DNA of 63,997 nt, filler included, from Stramenopiles sp. TOSAG23-3 (Eukaryota): the NCBI GenBank assembly GCA_900128585.1. It is 20 parts of 20 records of this genome, joined end to end, with 100 filler letters (N's around TTAATTAATTAA, not from the genome) between each part and the next. Parts side by side here need not be neighbours in the genome. Positions count along the whole stretch, not along the records: positions 51,469 to 54,565 come from LT644417.1; positions 54,666 to 57,760 come from LT644418.1; positions 57,861 to 60,953 come from LT644419.1; positions 61,054 to 63,997 come from LT644504.1; 16 more parts are not named here. One strand, written 5' to 3'. The stretch's first letter is position 1; the number at the start of each line of letters is the position of its first letter. Made by a program: the position numbers and the translations under genes. Of this stretch, positions 53,026 to 63,853 are shown in pieces. The notes below the pieces were generated by a model that was not told where the DNA came from, searched no databases, and worked only from the letters and a program-made list of their open reading frames with translations.

Positions 53026-54564
53026 TTAGTGCAGTGCCTTGGTCCACCTTCCACCAACACAGCTGTTTACAATTAATCCTTCAGCGGATCCACCGAAAAT
53101 ACAACTCCCCATCACCTCGTCAACTGGAGCCCCTCTCAATGAACTCGCTTTTAAGTCTAACAAGGCAAAATCTGCCCATTTACCTTTCTCGATGGTGCCA
53201 GTGTCTACTTGTAGATGCCGTGCGCCCACTACAGTTGCGCAATCGAAAAGATATTTCGAAAGGGTGCCTTTACGGTCCGGCACTACGGAAGCAAAAACGC
53301 CGCGCTGTCCACGTTTAAGCCGTTGTGTGTATTCTAACCATCGCATTTCTTCAAACATGTCAATTCTTGCATTGCAATCGGTTCCGATACTTACCTCGCC
53401 TTCAGTTGGCTCCAAAGAAAGGAAAATTCCGTCGCCAAGAGACGCCTCCGTCAATGGGCATATGCAAACACCGGCACCAGTAGAAATTAATTTGGTCAGC
53501 TCGTCCTCCCTAGAATGTGTACAGTGGACTGCGGATAGCCCTTGAAGGTGCTCTGGTGGCACCGACTCTAGCAACAGCCCCAAAGGTGTAATTCCGTGGG
53601 TCTCAATACAGTCCGAAATTTCTTGGGGTTGCTCTTCCAAATGTATGTGAAGGGGCATCTTCCGGGAGTAGGCCTCTGCTGCGAGTCGCTGCAACGATTC
53701 CACCCCTGCGGCGCGTAACGAATGTACGACGACTCCTAATTTCTCACCTCGTGAGCTATCTAAAAGCGTATCGTTCAGACGGCCCATTTGATCCCAATAT
53801 TTTTCTTGGCTTAGGGTCCGAAAGTGCTGCTGGCCCTGCCCAAGCGGGCTGTTGTCAAAACCACCTCGCTCGTAGCAGGCGTTCAGCAAAACCAAACGAA
53901 CATTGGCTTCCCGAGCGGCTTCGATGACAGCCTGGTCCATCGTGAAATCTTCGTCCTCGCCACCGCTGCTGGAGTGGTGGAAGTAGTGAAATTCTCCACA
54001 CGTTGTAATTCCAGCTGCAGCCATTTCTTCAAAGCATTGCTTTGTCTGTTCTTTAAACTTATCCACGTCGCTCAATCCGTTGACCAATTCGTACATGGCT
54101 TCGCGCCACGTCCAAAACGACGGCGTTGGGTCACCTTCAGGACCACGCGGGTAAGTTTCGCCTTTGCCTCTGAGACCTCGTTGAAATGCATGGCTGTGCG
54201 CATTGACAAACCCTGGAATAATAGCACGATTTGGAAGATGTACAATATTGTCTCCTTTGGCGTGCCCATCCTTTGGTTTGACGGATATAATTTTTCCGTC
54301 CTCTCCAATGGTGATAAAAATGTTTTTCTCAAAAGTCTTTCCTGTCCAAGTGAGCTCTGCGCTGTATGTCTTGGTTCGTTCCCCGCGTGTGACGCTACTT
54401 GCCACGCCATTATCTTCGAACGTGACTGGTTGTGGATAGCGAGAGTTCAATTCATCAGCATATTCAAAAAACTCAGTTTTTTGGTACATCTCAAAGGATT
54501 CCCACGTCATCAGCCACCCGGTGTGAGTTATATCTGGAAAAAGCTGCCCTTCCAAGTGGTCTTG
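53026..54564 (-). CDS. hutF: 5'-partial formimidoylglutamate deiminase (HutF) with an in-frame N-terminal extra domain
   Basis: PGFVNAHSHAFQRGLRG, SFWTWREAMY, GEFHYFH, HSLRA, HIHLEEQ, VHCTH, CPLTEASLGDGIF, GTDCN. Frame is open to the contig edge. Confidence 0.9.
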   Translation of the reverse strand, partial: QDHLEGQLFPDITHTGWLMTWESFEMYQKTEFFEYADELNSRYPQPVTFEDNGVASSVTRGERTKTYSAELTWTGKTFEKNIFITIGEDGKIISVKPKDGHAKGDNIVHLPNRAIIPGFVNAHSHAFQRGLRGKGETYPRGPEGDPTPSFWTWREAMYELVNGLSDVDKFKEQTKQCFEEMAAAGITTCGEFHYFHHSSSGGEDEDFTMDQAVIEAAREANVRLVLLNACYERGGFDNSPLGQGQQHFRTLSQEKYWDQMGRLNDTLLDSSRGEKLGVVVHSLRAAGVESLQRLAAEAYSRKMPLHIHLEEQPQEISDCIETHGITPLGLLLESVPPEHLQGLSAVHCTHSREDELTKLISTGAGVCICPLTEASLGDGIFLSLEPTEGEVSIGTDCNARIDMFEEMRWLEYTQRLKRGQRGVFASVVPDRKGTLSKYLFDCATVVGARHLQVDTGTIEKGKWADFALLDLKASSLRGAPVDEVMGSCIFGGSAEGLIVNSCVGGRWTKALH

Positions 54565-54666
54565 CNNNNNNNNNNNNNNNNNNNNNNNNNNNNNNNNNNN
54601 NNNNNNNNNTTAATTAATTAANNNNNNNNNNNNNNNNNNNNNNNNNNNNNNNNNNNNNNNNNNNNA

Positions 54667-56877
54667 GAGAAATTTATGTCGCTGCTGAAAGACGAAGAGA
54701 CCTGCTTGAGCGATGCCATCAAGCAACACCGAGAGACTAGCGTACCGTTCCACAAGACGATTGTCGGCCATGTCGAGAGCGATTTACAAAAGGCCCGAGT
54801 GGAACAACATGACGAAGAGTTGCAAATGATCTCAGCAGAAACGAAAGCCCTTATTAGTGTTTGCAATGAGCCCTCCATGTTAGGATCTGCCAAAGATCAT
54901 TTGGGGGCGGCCAGCAAGAATTTGTCAACGCTTCAATCCCACATGGAAAAGTCTTTAGACGAGCAAGCGTCTGTACTGGTAGAACAGCACGAATTGATGG
55001 AAGAAACTTTGCAATTGCACATCGCCAACGGCGCAACGGAAACGGAGAAAACGCATTTAGGCACCATTAAGAACACGGAAGTGGAGGTTAAAAAGAAGCT
55101 TGAAGAACAGAGAGAACTATTCACAGTTGCACTGAACGAACAAAAAATGAAGCAAGAGAAGATAATTAGCACTGTTGTTAGTGAAATGCAACGTCTTCTA
55201 CAGGCACAGATGGCTGACATGGCCCATATGTTTTCTAAAAATATAACATCGTTAGAAGAAAAAGCAACCGATATGGAATCTGTTGTTGAGGATTCAGTGA
55301 ACACGATGAATGCTGAAGCGAAAGCTTGGGGCGAATGTGGCCGTAAAGTGGAAGCAAACATTCAATCTATATCGAAAACTAATGTCGACGTTAGGAATGA
55401 GGTTGAGTCTACAAAATTTACCGCAGTCGAAAAAATAACAGCGCTGACCGACAGCGTAAGCCAATGGGGAGGATGTGACGAGGCAGCCATGTGCAAAGTT
55501 CACACCGTCATTGAAAATGTACAGAAATTGTCCGAGCATGTTGAAACAGCACACGGTAAGAACCAAAAGGCAGTTGCAAATGTATTATCGAACGTGCACG
55601 CATGGGGAGAATCAAGTGCAAAAGTCGATTCGGAGCTTAGCAATATTATGGAGCAGGTAAAGAATGTCGAGTCAGTCACGCTGTCAAACAAAGAGGCCTT
55701 AACCAACAGTTTGAATACCGGAATGACGAATATCGAAAAGAAAATCCAAGAATCCTCGAAAAATAGAAAGGAGACTTTGAATGTCATAAATTCGCAAAAT
55801 ATCGAGGCCTCCAAATTGGAAAATGAAATGAAGGATTCACTCACAGCGACGAGCCAGGACATTATGGAGCAAGCGACAAATATTCAAGAAACTATCGAAG
55901 AAGTAATATCAGCCAATACAAGTGTGTCTGCTAAAACCGCCGAATCAATCGACGCGTACGATGGCTTGAAAAACCATCTTTGCAGCTACGAAGTTGCAGG
56001 CAATGACCAAGCTGACAAATTAGAGCATTCCGTGAAAGAGTTGCACAAAAATTTGGAAGAATGCAAAGCATCTTTAGCTGGGAAGTTGATCCCATCGTAC
56101 GTTGATCATACTAAGGATGAGCTTTCGGGTATGACAAAAAGCTTTGAAAAGTCTTTCACGAACAAGGTGATGAGTTTCACAAAATCGCATGTGGACGATA
56201 TTAGCACATTTTTGGAAGAAGAAAAGAGTGATTTGGACAGCTTCTTCAAAGATCATGAGATTTTCTTTAAATCGTCCGAGACGTCTATTGAAGAAAATAC
56301 AGACCTGCTTGCAGCTGGCGTAGGTGAAATTCAAGATAAAATAGTTGAGCTGTGCGACATTCAAAGCGATTTTGTTGAAAATGCGATGACAAAACCTTCC
56401 AATGACTTCAAGAAAATTCATCTTGCGACGGTAAGTTCAGGTATCGTGGAGCCTAGCACAACGTTTTGTTCGGACGATGTTAGAATGAATGAGAATGTTG
56501 TGCCCGTTGAAGTCATGAAGGAGATAGTGTACTCTGAGGCTCTTTCGAAGACTCCGGCGGACGAAATAATCACTAAGGACATTGTGTTTCACGAAAATGT
56601 AGTTGGGGTCGACCATGATGAACTATTCGATAACGACGAAGTCATTGATGCCCCCCAAGCCCCGTCCACAAACCCACCCATGCCGGAACCCCCTGTCGAA
56701 GAAGAGCAAATTGTTTACGATGAAAACATCGAACAGAAACCCGCCGACAAGAACTCGAACTCCGCGTCGTCTACTCGAAGGGCAGGAAAATCAGGAAAAA
56801 GAGAAGGGTTGAAAAAATTAAACACTAACACCCCGATCAAAAAGAGAGAGACTTTTGCGCTCGGTGGAATCATGTAA
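54667..56877 (+). CDS. 5'-partial long coiled-coil protein, possibly a kinesin-5 stalk/tail
   Basis: >730 aa of heptad-like helical sequence with a tail containing YSEALSKTP and NTPIKKR. No motor domain is visible, so the kinesin call is weak. Confidence 0.6.
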   Translation, partial: EKFMSLLKDEETCLSDAIKQHRETSVPFHKTIVGHVESDLQKARVEQHDEELQMISAETKALISVCNEPSMLGSAKDHLGAASKNLSTLQSHMEKSLDEQASVLVEQHELMEETLQLHIANGATETEKTHLGTIKNTEVEVKKKLEEQRELFTVALNEQKMKQEKIISTVVSEMQRLLQAQMADMAHMFSKNITSLEEKATDMESVVEDSVNTMNAEAKAWGECGRKVEANIQSISKTNVDVRNEVESTKFTAVEKITALTDSVSQWGGCDEAAMCKVHTVIENVQKLSEHVETAHGKNQKAVANVLSNVHAWGESSAKVDSELSNIMEQVKNVESVTLSNKEALTNSLNTGMTNIEKKIQESSKNRKETLNVINSQNIEASKLENEMKDSLTATSQDIMEQATNIQETIEEVISANTSVSAKTAESIDAYDGLKNHLCSYEVAGNDQADKLEHSVKELHKNLEECKASLAGKLIPSYVDHTKDELSGMTKSFEKSFTNKVMSFTKSHVDDISTFLEEEKSDLDSFFKDHEIFFKSSETSIEENTDLLAAGVGEIQDKIVELCDIQSDFVENAMTKPSNDFKKIHLATVSSGIVEPSTTFCSDDVRMNENVVPVEVMKEIVYSEALSKTPADEIITKDIVFHENVVGVDHDELFDNDEVIDAPQAPSTNPPMPEPPVEEEQIVYDENIEQKPADKNSNSASSTRRAGKSGKREGLKKLNTNTPIKKRETFALGGIM

Positions 56878-57372
56878 ATATTCGTTCTACAGATATTACC
56901 AGTCAACAATGAATTTAATAACATCAAATTGAAACATTTACTTTTAAATAACAACAGCCAATTTTTTGATTTTAGAATACTGTGTTGGGTACCTGATATA
57001 CAGTATATAATATTAATACCTGCGCCCCACCGAACCGCAGGATTGCGAAAGAGTTTCCTTTTAACACAGTATTATTATCATCATCATCGAAGAAGAAAAT
57101 TCAAATATGATTTCATGATGTGATGATGTTCTTCCATTACAATAGTTTAGATTAATAATTATTATATAATAATATTATATTTTTATTAAAAAAACTCGAC
57201 AATCTCTAATACGCAACGAAATAATATACAAAAAAGTAATGACGACAAGAATATTTACTTTTGAAGATATTAATGCTGCATGAATAGTGTTTGCTGACTA
57301 AAAGGAAGCGTGCATCTTCAAAGTAAACTTGCTGTTAAGAACAACAGATTTGCTGCAACTGGATGTTTTACC

Positions 57373-57760
57373 ATGAACCGTATTCCTGCAATGTCTGTTT
57401 CGAGCAGCGATTCGACCAGCAGCAGCAGCGACTCGGGCAACAGCAGCGATTCTAGTCAAAGCAGTATCGACGGAAGAAGTGGGTTGTATTCGAAACAAAT
57501 GGTATCTAAGACAAGTAGAACACTCCCCTCAGTGAACTCTACAATTCATAGAACAACTGGTGGTCGCATTAATAGCAGTAGTAGCGATAGTGTTAGCGAA
57601 AGCGATAGTGATAGTAGCAGTAGTAGCGATAGTGATAGTGGAAGTGACAGTGAGACTCCAAATTTAAAAACAAACAACGCCAGCACAAACTTTTTCTCCT
57701 CCCGTGGTGGTGTTCCAAAGGCCGAGGCGACACCTGTAAACTCACAAGAAAAGCTAGTCC
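57373..57760 (+). CDS. 3'-truncated Ser/Asp-rich low-complexity protein
   Basis: ATG at 57373, SSDS repeats, frame open to the linker. Confidence 0.5.
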
Positions 57761-57860
57761 NNNNNNNNNNNNNNNNNNNNNNNNNNNNNNNNNNNNNNNN
57801 NNNNTTAATTAATTAANNNNNNNNNNNNNNNNNNNNNNNNNNNNNNNNNNNNNNNNNNNN

Positions 57861-60325
57861 CGTTCTATGGCGTCCTTCTCACGCTTTCTTGCTTGAACGG
57901 CTTCCTTGTGTGCCTTTTTCGCATCTATAACTTCTTGCCGTCTCTTCTCTCGTTCTTCTTCTTCTCTCTTTTCTCTGGCTTCCCGCTGTTCGTCGGTTTC
58001 TCTATTCTCTTCCTCTTCTTTCAAACGCAGCTCTTCTGCAATACGAGCAGCTTCGGCAGCCGCCCGTTGGCCCTCTTCCATTTGCTTCTCCTCCTCGATT
58101 CTTATTTGCTCCATGCGCTCGTGGCGCAAGGCGTGGTACTTCTTGTACGCAAGCTTTCGCCTCCAAGCGCACTGAAGCATGATCGCGGCTTGTTCTCGCA
58201 ACTTATCGTCTCGTTCTTTTCGCAGACCATTAACTCTTGATTTTGCAACTTGTCTTCGCCACTGAGACTGGACAATGATAACGCGTTGAATCCTTAACTT
58301 TTCATCCCTCTCTTTCTTGAGCTCGGCAACGTGCTGCCGCGCGTGCCTTCGCCTATATGCGCATTGAATCATAATGGCCGCGTTTTTATCCCTATCGTCT
58401 TTCTTGACTTTGAACTGGATGCGTGCCAGGGTCCCGCGGACATGCGTTTGCACAATAATTGCACTCTCTGTTTCAATTTTGCTGTTGTACCACTGTTCAA
58501 GTTTGTGCAATTTGTTCCTTGCCATTCTATTCCGCCAAGCAAATTGTACACATTGTGCACTCTCGTGGTCAATTTTTTTGTTGTACTCTTCTCTAACTTT
58601 GCGAAATTCTGCTCTGGCCATACGACCTCTCCATGCGCTCTGAACCATGGTAACAGCGCTGTGCTTTTCCATCAAAAGCTTCTCCCTTCGAACCCTTTCC
58701 TTCTCCCGCTCGATGAGCTTTCGTGTCTCGTACTCTAGGGCGGCTCGGCGCACGGCCCGCTCCTTTAGCATTTTAGCCAAATTGTCGGCGCGCTCTTTAA
58801 TCCTTTTGAACACTAATGCCCGGTTCTTTCCCAAGTACCCGCGCCAATTGGATTGAAGTCGGATGGCTGCGTCGATGCGCTTTCGCTCTTCAATCTTGGC
58901 ATGGTTGAAATGCCACCTTGCCAAACTTCCTCTCAGGTGCGCTTGAATCCGCTTTGCCGAAATATTCCGAACCATGCTTTGGTGTTTTGTGAAGACGTCT
59001 TGGAACAGCACCTTTCGAGCAATGTGCCCTCTAATTATTCTTTGGCACATAATTGCTGCCTTTTGCAAACGGTACTCTAATGCAACTTGGCGGTACTTTT
59101 TCTCGATGATCTTCCTGTCCTCGTTTCCTCTATGCAGCGCTTGAATTTTCGTCGCTGCCTTGTGCTGGCGTTCCAGTTCCTTCGCCTCCCGCAGAGCTTG
59201 TACCATGCACCTGGCTTTGTAGCATCTCCAGTTGCACTGAAGTATGATAGCGTACTGTTCCTCTAGCTGCCGTCTCATTTCTGCCTTTAGTTCCAAATAC
59301 TTATGGCGGCACTTGCGTTCTCGAAACCACGATTGCAGAATAACAGCGGCCTTGTTGCGTAACATTTCGTCTCGCTCTTTCTTTAGTCTATCGTATTCCT
59401 GCCGAGCCTTGAACCCTCGCCATGCCGCTTGTAGCATTCGTGCAGCATCCTCTTCTTTCGCTTGCTGATCTTTGGTGTGCTTAAAGTGTAGGCGGGCAAG
59501 AGAGCCTCGGATTTGAGACTGTATCATGATAACAGATTGTTCCTGCATTTGCGCCGTGAAGCCTAGGTACAGGCGGTGAAGTTGCCGTCGCCCCGTGTGG
59601 TTCTTCCACACGTTCTGAATCATCCGTGCCTTTTCGTCCTTTATTTGGTGATCGAAGTGGTCGTGGATCTCTTGAACTTTTTTCCTCGCCAAGTGCCCCC
59701 TCATGATGGACTGGATCTCGGTCGCCTTTGCGTTCCTGAGGAGCAGGTCCTTGTTTCCCATCAACGCGTCAAACCTTCGTTTTGTTTCCCGCTCGATCCA
59801 TTCAAGTGACTGCTCCTCCGTCGGCTCGAGCTGCAGCTTCACCTCCCCTGTATAATCTTCTAAAATACGTAGTCGCTGAAGCAGCCAGTCAATCAAATAC
59901 CCGCGCCTGGGAGCCCATCCCTGGGCCGCCCACTTCCTCAGCGATCGGTTGACAATACTATTCCCGTTCTCATCGGGGGGTAAAAACGAGCTTGCCGCAA
60001 GGGCATTTTCGACGGGGCGCGATGACTTTCCTTTGAACAGGGGAAGCATAACTTGGGCGAGATCGTGAGCGCCAAGCACATAGTCTACAGATACGTTCAT
60101 GTCTGGCTGCTGTGCGTGCAGCCGCAATTGGTAACCCGGCTCCCACTTCTCGTATACTGTAACTTGTACAAAGACTAACCGTTGCACTGCCTTGTCTGAT
60201 ACTACTTCCCACCCAAGATCTTTCAGAACGTCTACCGTTGCGCTGGACACCGCGCAGCGGTAGGACATTTCCCACCCACCACGATAAACTACCTTTTCTT
60301 TCAACTTTGCACGTGGAGATGCCAT
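57861..60325 (-). CDS. 3'-truncated protein with about 16 IQ calmodulin-binding motifs and a charged coiled coil
   Basis: Repeated [I/L/V/C]QxxxRGxxxR motifs such as EIQSIMRGHLARK, MLQAAWRGFKARQ and RLQSNWRGYLGK. Confidence 0.85.
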
Positions 60326-61460
60326 TGTGTACGACCGAGTACTCTAAACGCCTTATATATGGTAACAATGGTTTCTAAATCTGCTTTTCCTTGTCTGGTT
60401 TTTGCCTTTGTAATCTGACTCTGACATGAAGATATGTCTTTTTCTGACAATTTTTTTACAGTATACACATTTTTCCATGTTGAAGAAGACCAGGCCAATT
60501 TGCCTACTTTTGTTTTTTTACTCTCTCCTCCTCTACACTCCTCCATCTCATTTTTTTTATATAATTTTATTATTTTTTATTCCTGTACTGTGTAATGTTA
60601 CTTCTTTTTTTTCGCAAAAAACAACTAAAAAATAATAATAATAAAAAAACAACAACAAGAACAGACGACGAAGAAGGAAGAATTATGAAATTTTTTTATT
60701 TTTTAATATTAAATAGAAATAGAAATAGAAATAGAAATAGCCAATTAAAATATAACCCAACCCACATCCATCCATCATACTCAGTTATACATGTCAAAAT
60801 AATAAGGAAATAGAAGGTGATTGAATTCCAAAAAAAAATCCTAAATGAATAGAGATAGAAGGAATACAAGCAATAAATACAAATACATTTTAGACTACGG
60901 GAGTATATCTGGATTCGAACGTTACAACGGTCGTATTTTTTGTTCAGCAGTGTNNNNNNNNNNNNNNNNNNNNNNNNNNNNNNNNNNNNNNNNNNNNTTA
61001 ATTAATTAANNNNNNNNNNNNNNNNNNNNNNNNNNNNNNNNNNNNNNNNNNNNCAATGGTATTGAATGTAATTGACAATGATTGCAATGATATGACTACT
61101 ATTCCATATAATTTAAATATATTAACTAAATATATAATTGGCAATAATAGATCGATCGATCTTCGATCTTCTATTTATTTCGAAGAATTTTGTTGTTGTT
61201 GTTGTTGTTGTGGTTGTTGTTTTATTTTTTATTCTTCCCTTCTTCTTCTTGACTTTCTTTTTTCTTAGTTGAAGTTGGTGACAATTATTGTATCAAGAAG
61301 GTTTCTTTCCGAGTAAAAATTTGATTTCGTATTATTTAATTATATAATGAAGGTAAATTCTCTCTTCCTGTTAAATTTTATTTGGAATGACTTAGTTAGG
61401 TCTTTTAAACAACCAGTTGCATTTTAGACATAGATATAACTGTTTTTACTTTGCAGAACA

Positions 61461-63170
61461 ATGGCTGTTTTATTCTCCCGACGTGCGTGCCTCGCCCTTC
61501 TCTGCCTTCACGCGGTTGTTGTGTGCGTCAGTAGTACTCGGCATACGTACGACGCGCCGCGGGCTGCGCGGAACTGGCGTCGTGGACACGATCGTGCTAG
61601 CCCGAGTGCGCAGATCACTCTCTTTTTCATGATGCGACAGTCGAATGTGGAGCAACTGTTGGAAGCATTTCATGCTGTCAGCGACCCTTCCAACCTGAAA
61701 TATGGGAAGCATTTATCCAATGAAGAGGTGAACTTGCTGACAGCACCTTCGGACTATGCGCTACGCGAGACGGAGCGTTACATTCACAACTTTACACACC
61801 AAAACATATATTCATCGACCCCAAACAGGGATATGCTAGAAGTAACCGTGTCAGTCCACGCCGCAGAACAGATTCTAAACTGCGAGTATTACGTGTACAC
61901 GCACACAAGAACGGGTGAGACCATGCTCCGAACCAGTGGATACAGCCTCCCAGAATCGATCGCCCCTTTTGTTGCTGCTGTAGCACCCACGGTCTTCTTG
62001 CCCAACTACGACGCATCGCGGCCTAAGAAAAGCGTGGGGCGACCGGAACAATTGGTTAATGTGCCGAGCACGCTCCGGACACTATACGGTGTTAATCTGA
62101 CGCAGGGGCAATCCAGCCAACACAAAATGGCAGTTACCGGATTCATAGGGCAGCTGTACTCAAAGTCAGATTTCTCACAATTCAAAAAATTGTTTTTGAA
62201 TGCAACACAGATGGGCTACAATGTAACAACAAGCCAATTAAAGTGCGTCGGCGACGATGGGTCCCCGTCCTTTCTGGGTGGCACGGAAGCCATGCTTGAC
62301 GCAGAGTACATTACTGCCCTGGGCGCAAACATCTCCACTGAATTTTGGGGCTTCAAAGGGAATGGCAATGATCCTGGGTTATGGATGAAATGGATGGCGA
62401 AAGTTGCCAATACAAGCGATGAATCTGTGCCAAAAGTGTTTTCGGTGAGCTATGGCGAGGACGAAGATACCATGCCTACAGATTATGCCGACCGTGTTAA
62501 CGTTGAATTTGTGAAAGCCGGCGCTCGGGGAATTTCTATCTTGTTCGCATCGGGCGACAGCGGGGCCGCCAATCAAAACAGCAAATGCCCTGCGAAGAAG
62601 TTCGTACCAAAATGGCCGGCAGCGTCTCCTTACATCACTTGTGTGGGTGGCACAGGGGGGATTGTCGGCACGATCGAGGCTGCGGCAGATCTCTCTTCGG
62701 GCGGGTTCTCAAACCGGTACAAGCGTCCGAAATGGCAAGCAGAGGCTGTCGAAAAGTACTTGTCGAGCAAGAAAATCACAAAGCGCACAAGGGAGTATAT
62801 CAACAACACAAATGGACGAGGATTCCCAGATGTCTCTGCACAGGCAATTGACTTTATGGTCGTCGCAGACTTCATCCCGATGCCAGTCATGGGAACCAGC
62901 TGCGCGTCCCCTACCTTCGCTGGGATTGTCGGTTTACTCAACAGCGACCGAGCTGTGGCAGGCAAACCCCCGCTTGGCTTCCTGAACCCCTTGTTGTACC
63001 AAAATGCGGATGCATTGAATGACTGCACCTTTGGAAGTGGGGGTGGCTGTTTTGACAACAGCGATAACGACAATGGTTTCCCGAGTTTGCCGGGCTGGGA
63101 TGCTGTCACGGGGCTAGGCAGTCCGAACTATCCTAAAATGAAACAGATGGTAGACGCGCTGCCCCAATGA
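61461..63170 (+). CDS. TPP1: Tripeptidyl-peptidase 1 / sedolisin (peptidase S53) with signal peptide and pro-domain
   Basis: VSDPSNLKYGKHLS pro-domain, EAMLDAEY (ExxxD), SVSYGEDE, FASGDSG, SSGGFSN, GRGFPDVSA, GTSCASP, GWDAVTGLGSP. Confidence 0.93.
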   Translation: MAVLFSRRACLALLCLHAVVVCVSSTRHTYDAPRAARNWRRGHDRASPSAQITLFFMMRQSNVEQLLEAFHAVSDPSNLKYGKHLSNEEVNLLTAPSDYALRETERYIHNFTHQNIYSSTPNRDMLEVTVSVHAAEQILNCEYYVYTHTRTGETMLRTSGYSLPESIAPFVAAVAPTVFLPNYDASRPKKSVGRPEQLVNVPSTLRTLYGVNLTQGQSSQHKMAVTGFIGQLYSKSDFSQFKKLFLNATQMGYNVTTSQLKCVGDDGSPSFLGGTEAMLDAEYITALGANISTEFWGFKGNGNDPGLWMKWMAKVANTSDESVPKVFSVSYGEDEDTMPTDYADRVNVEFVKAGARGISILFASGDSGAANQNSKCPAKKFVPKWPAASPYITCVGGTGGIVGTIEAAADLSSGGFSNRYKRPKWQAEAVEKYLSSKKITKRTREYINNTNGRGFPDVSAQAIDFMVVADFIPMPVMGTSCASPTFAGIVGLLNSDRAVAGKPPLGFLNPLLYQNADALNDCTFGSGGGCFDNSDNDNGFPSLPGWDAVTGLGSPNYPKMKQMVDALPQ

Positions 63171-63281
63171 CGAAAATTTTGTAAGATTAAGATTTAGTGG
63201 GGTTTCCTTCAGCTGGCGCTTGCCAACAAATGTGCAACGGTATGAAGTGTAAGAGGGGTGGTTCTTGGTACTTCGTAACTT

Positions 63282-63410
63282 AACACAAGAAAATAATTGG
63301 CTGTTATTTAAGTAATTAAATTAAAAACAAGAAAATTGGCTGTTATTTAGGTAATTAAACTTAATGTACTGCGAACTAGTAAGTAATTAAAAAATTAAAA
63401 TGTACTGACT
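63282..63410 (+). repeat. Tandem copies of the dispersed 3'-intergenic element
   Basis: Two aattggctgttattta(a/g)gtaattaaa cores followed by ttaatgtactgcgaact, then a partial third copy. Confidence 0.85.
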
Positions 63411-63607
63411 TCGTAACTTTAAAAATAGCATGTTGTGAAGGGTAAAAGGGAGTCTAATTTTGTTTATAAATAAATTATTAAATGAGTTCTTTAAAAATGA
63501 AAGAAATAATATTTATCTCCGGTTCCTACTGGTTTATGTACACACATACTTTTAATATTTAAAAAATGACCTCTCGGCCTCGCCCCACTCCGCCTCCTGC
63601 TAGCAAC

Positions 63608-63853
63608 TCACTTCGGCCCATAAAACAGGGCATCCGCCGCGAGGAACAGCACGTCTGGAAGGTCCATCCGTCTGTTTGGGCCACCCCAGTACCTCACACC
63701 GCCATGTCGTGAACAGAAACCGTAGCAAGCACCACCGTGGGGACAATTGCTCCAAGTCACCATACTGCTGCAAATGCAGGTACCAGCGAGTGCACCCGTC
63801 AGGAGCGTTGCCATCGCGGCGACCAAGAGGACAATTCGTTTTGTCGTCAGCAT
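63608..63853 (-). CDS. Small secreted Cys-rich peptide precursor (81 aa)
   Basis: Signal peptide ending ALA, 5 Cys, CSRHGGVRYW, dibasic RR. GC-rich island in AT-rich flanks, convergent with TPP1. Confidence 0.6.
   Translation of the reverse strand: MLTTKRIVLLVAAMATLLTGALAGTCICSSMVTWSNCPHGGACYGFCSRHGGVRYWGGPNRRMDLPDVLFLAADALFYGPK

Noticed and set aside
3129..61053. Regularly spaced TTAATTAATTAA cores every ~3.2 kb
   Set aside because: These are artificial N-flanked linkers. Cross-contig gene neighbourhoods are therefore not evidence of a cluster or system.
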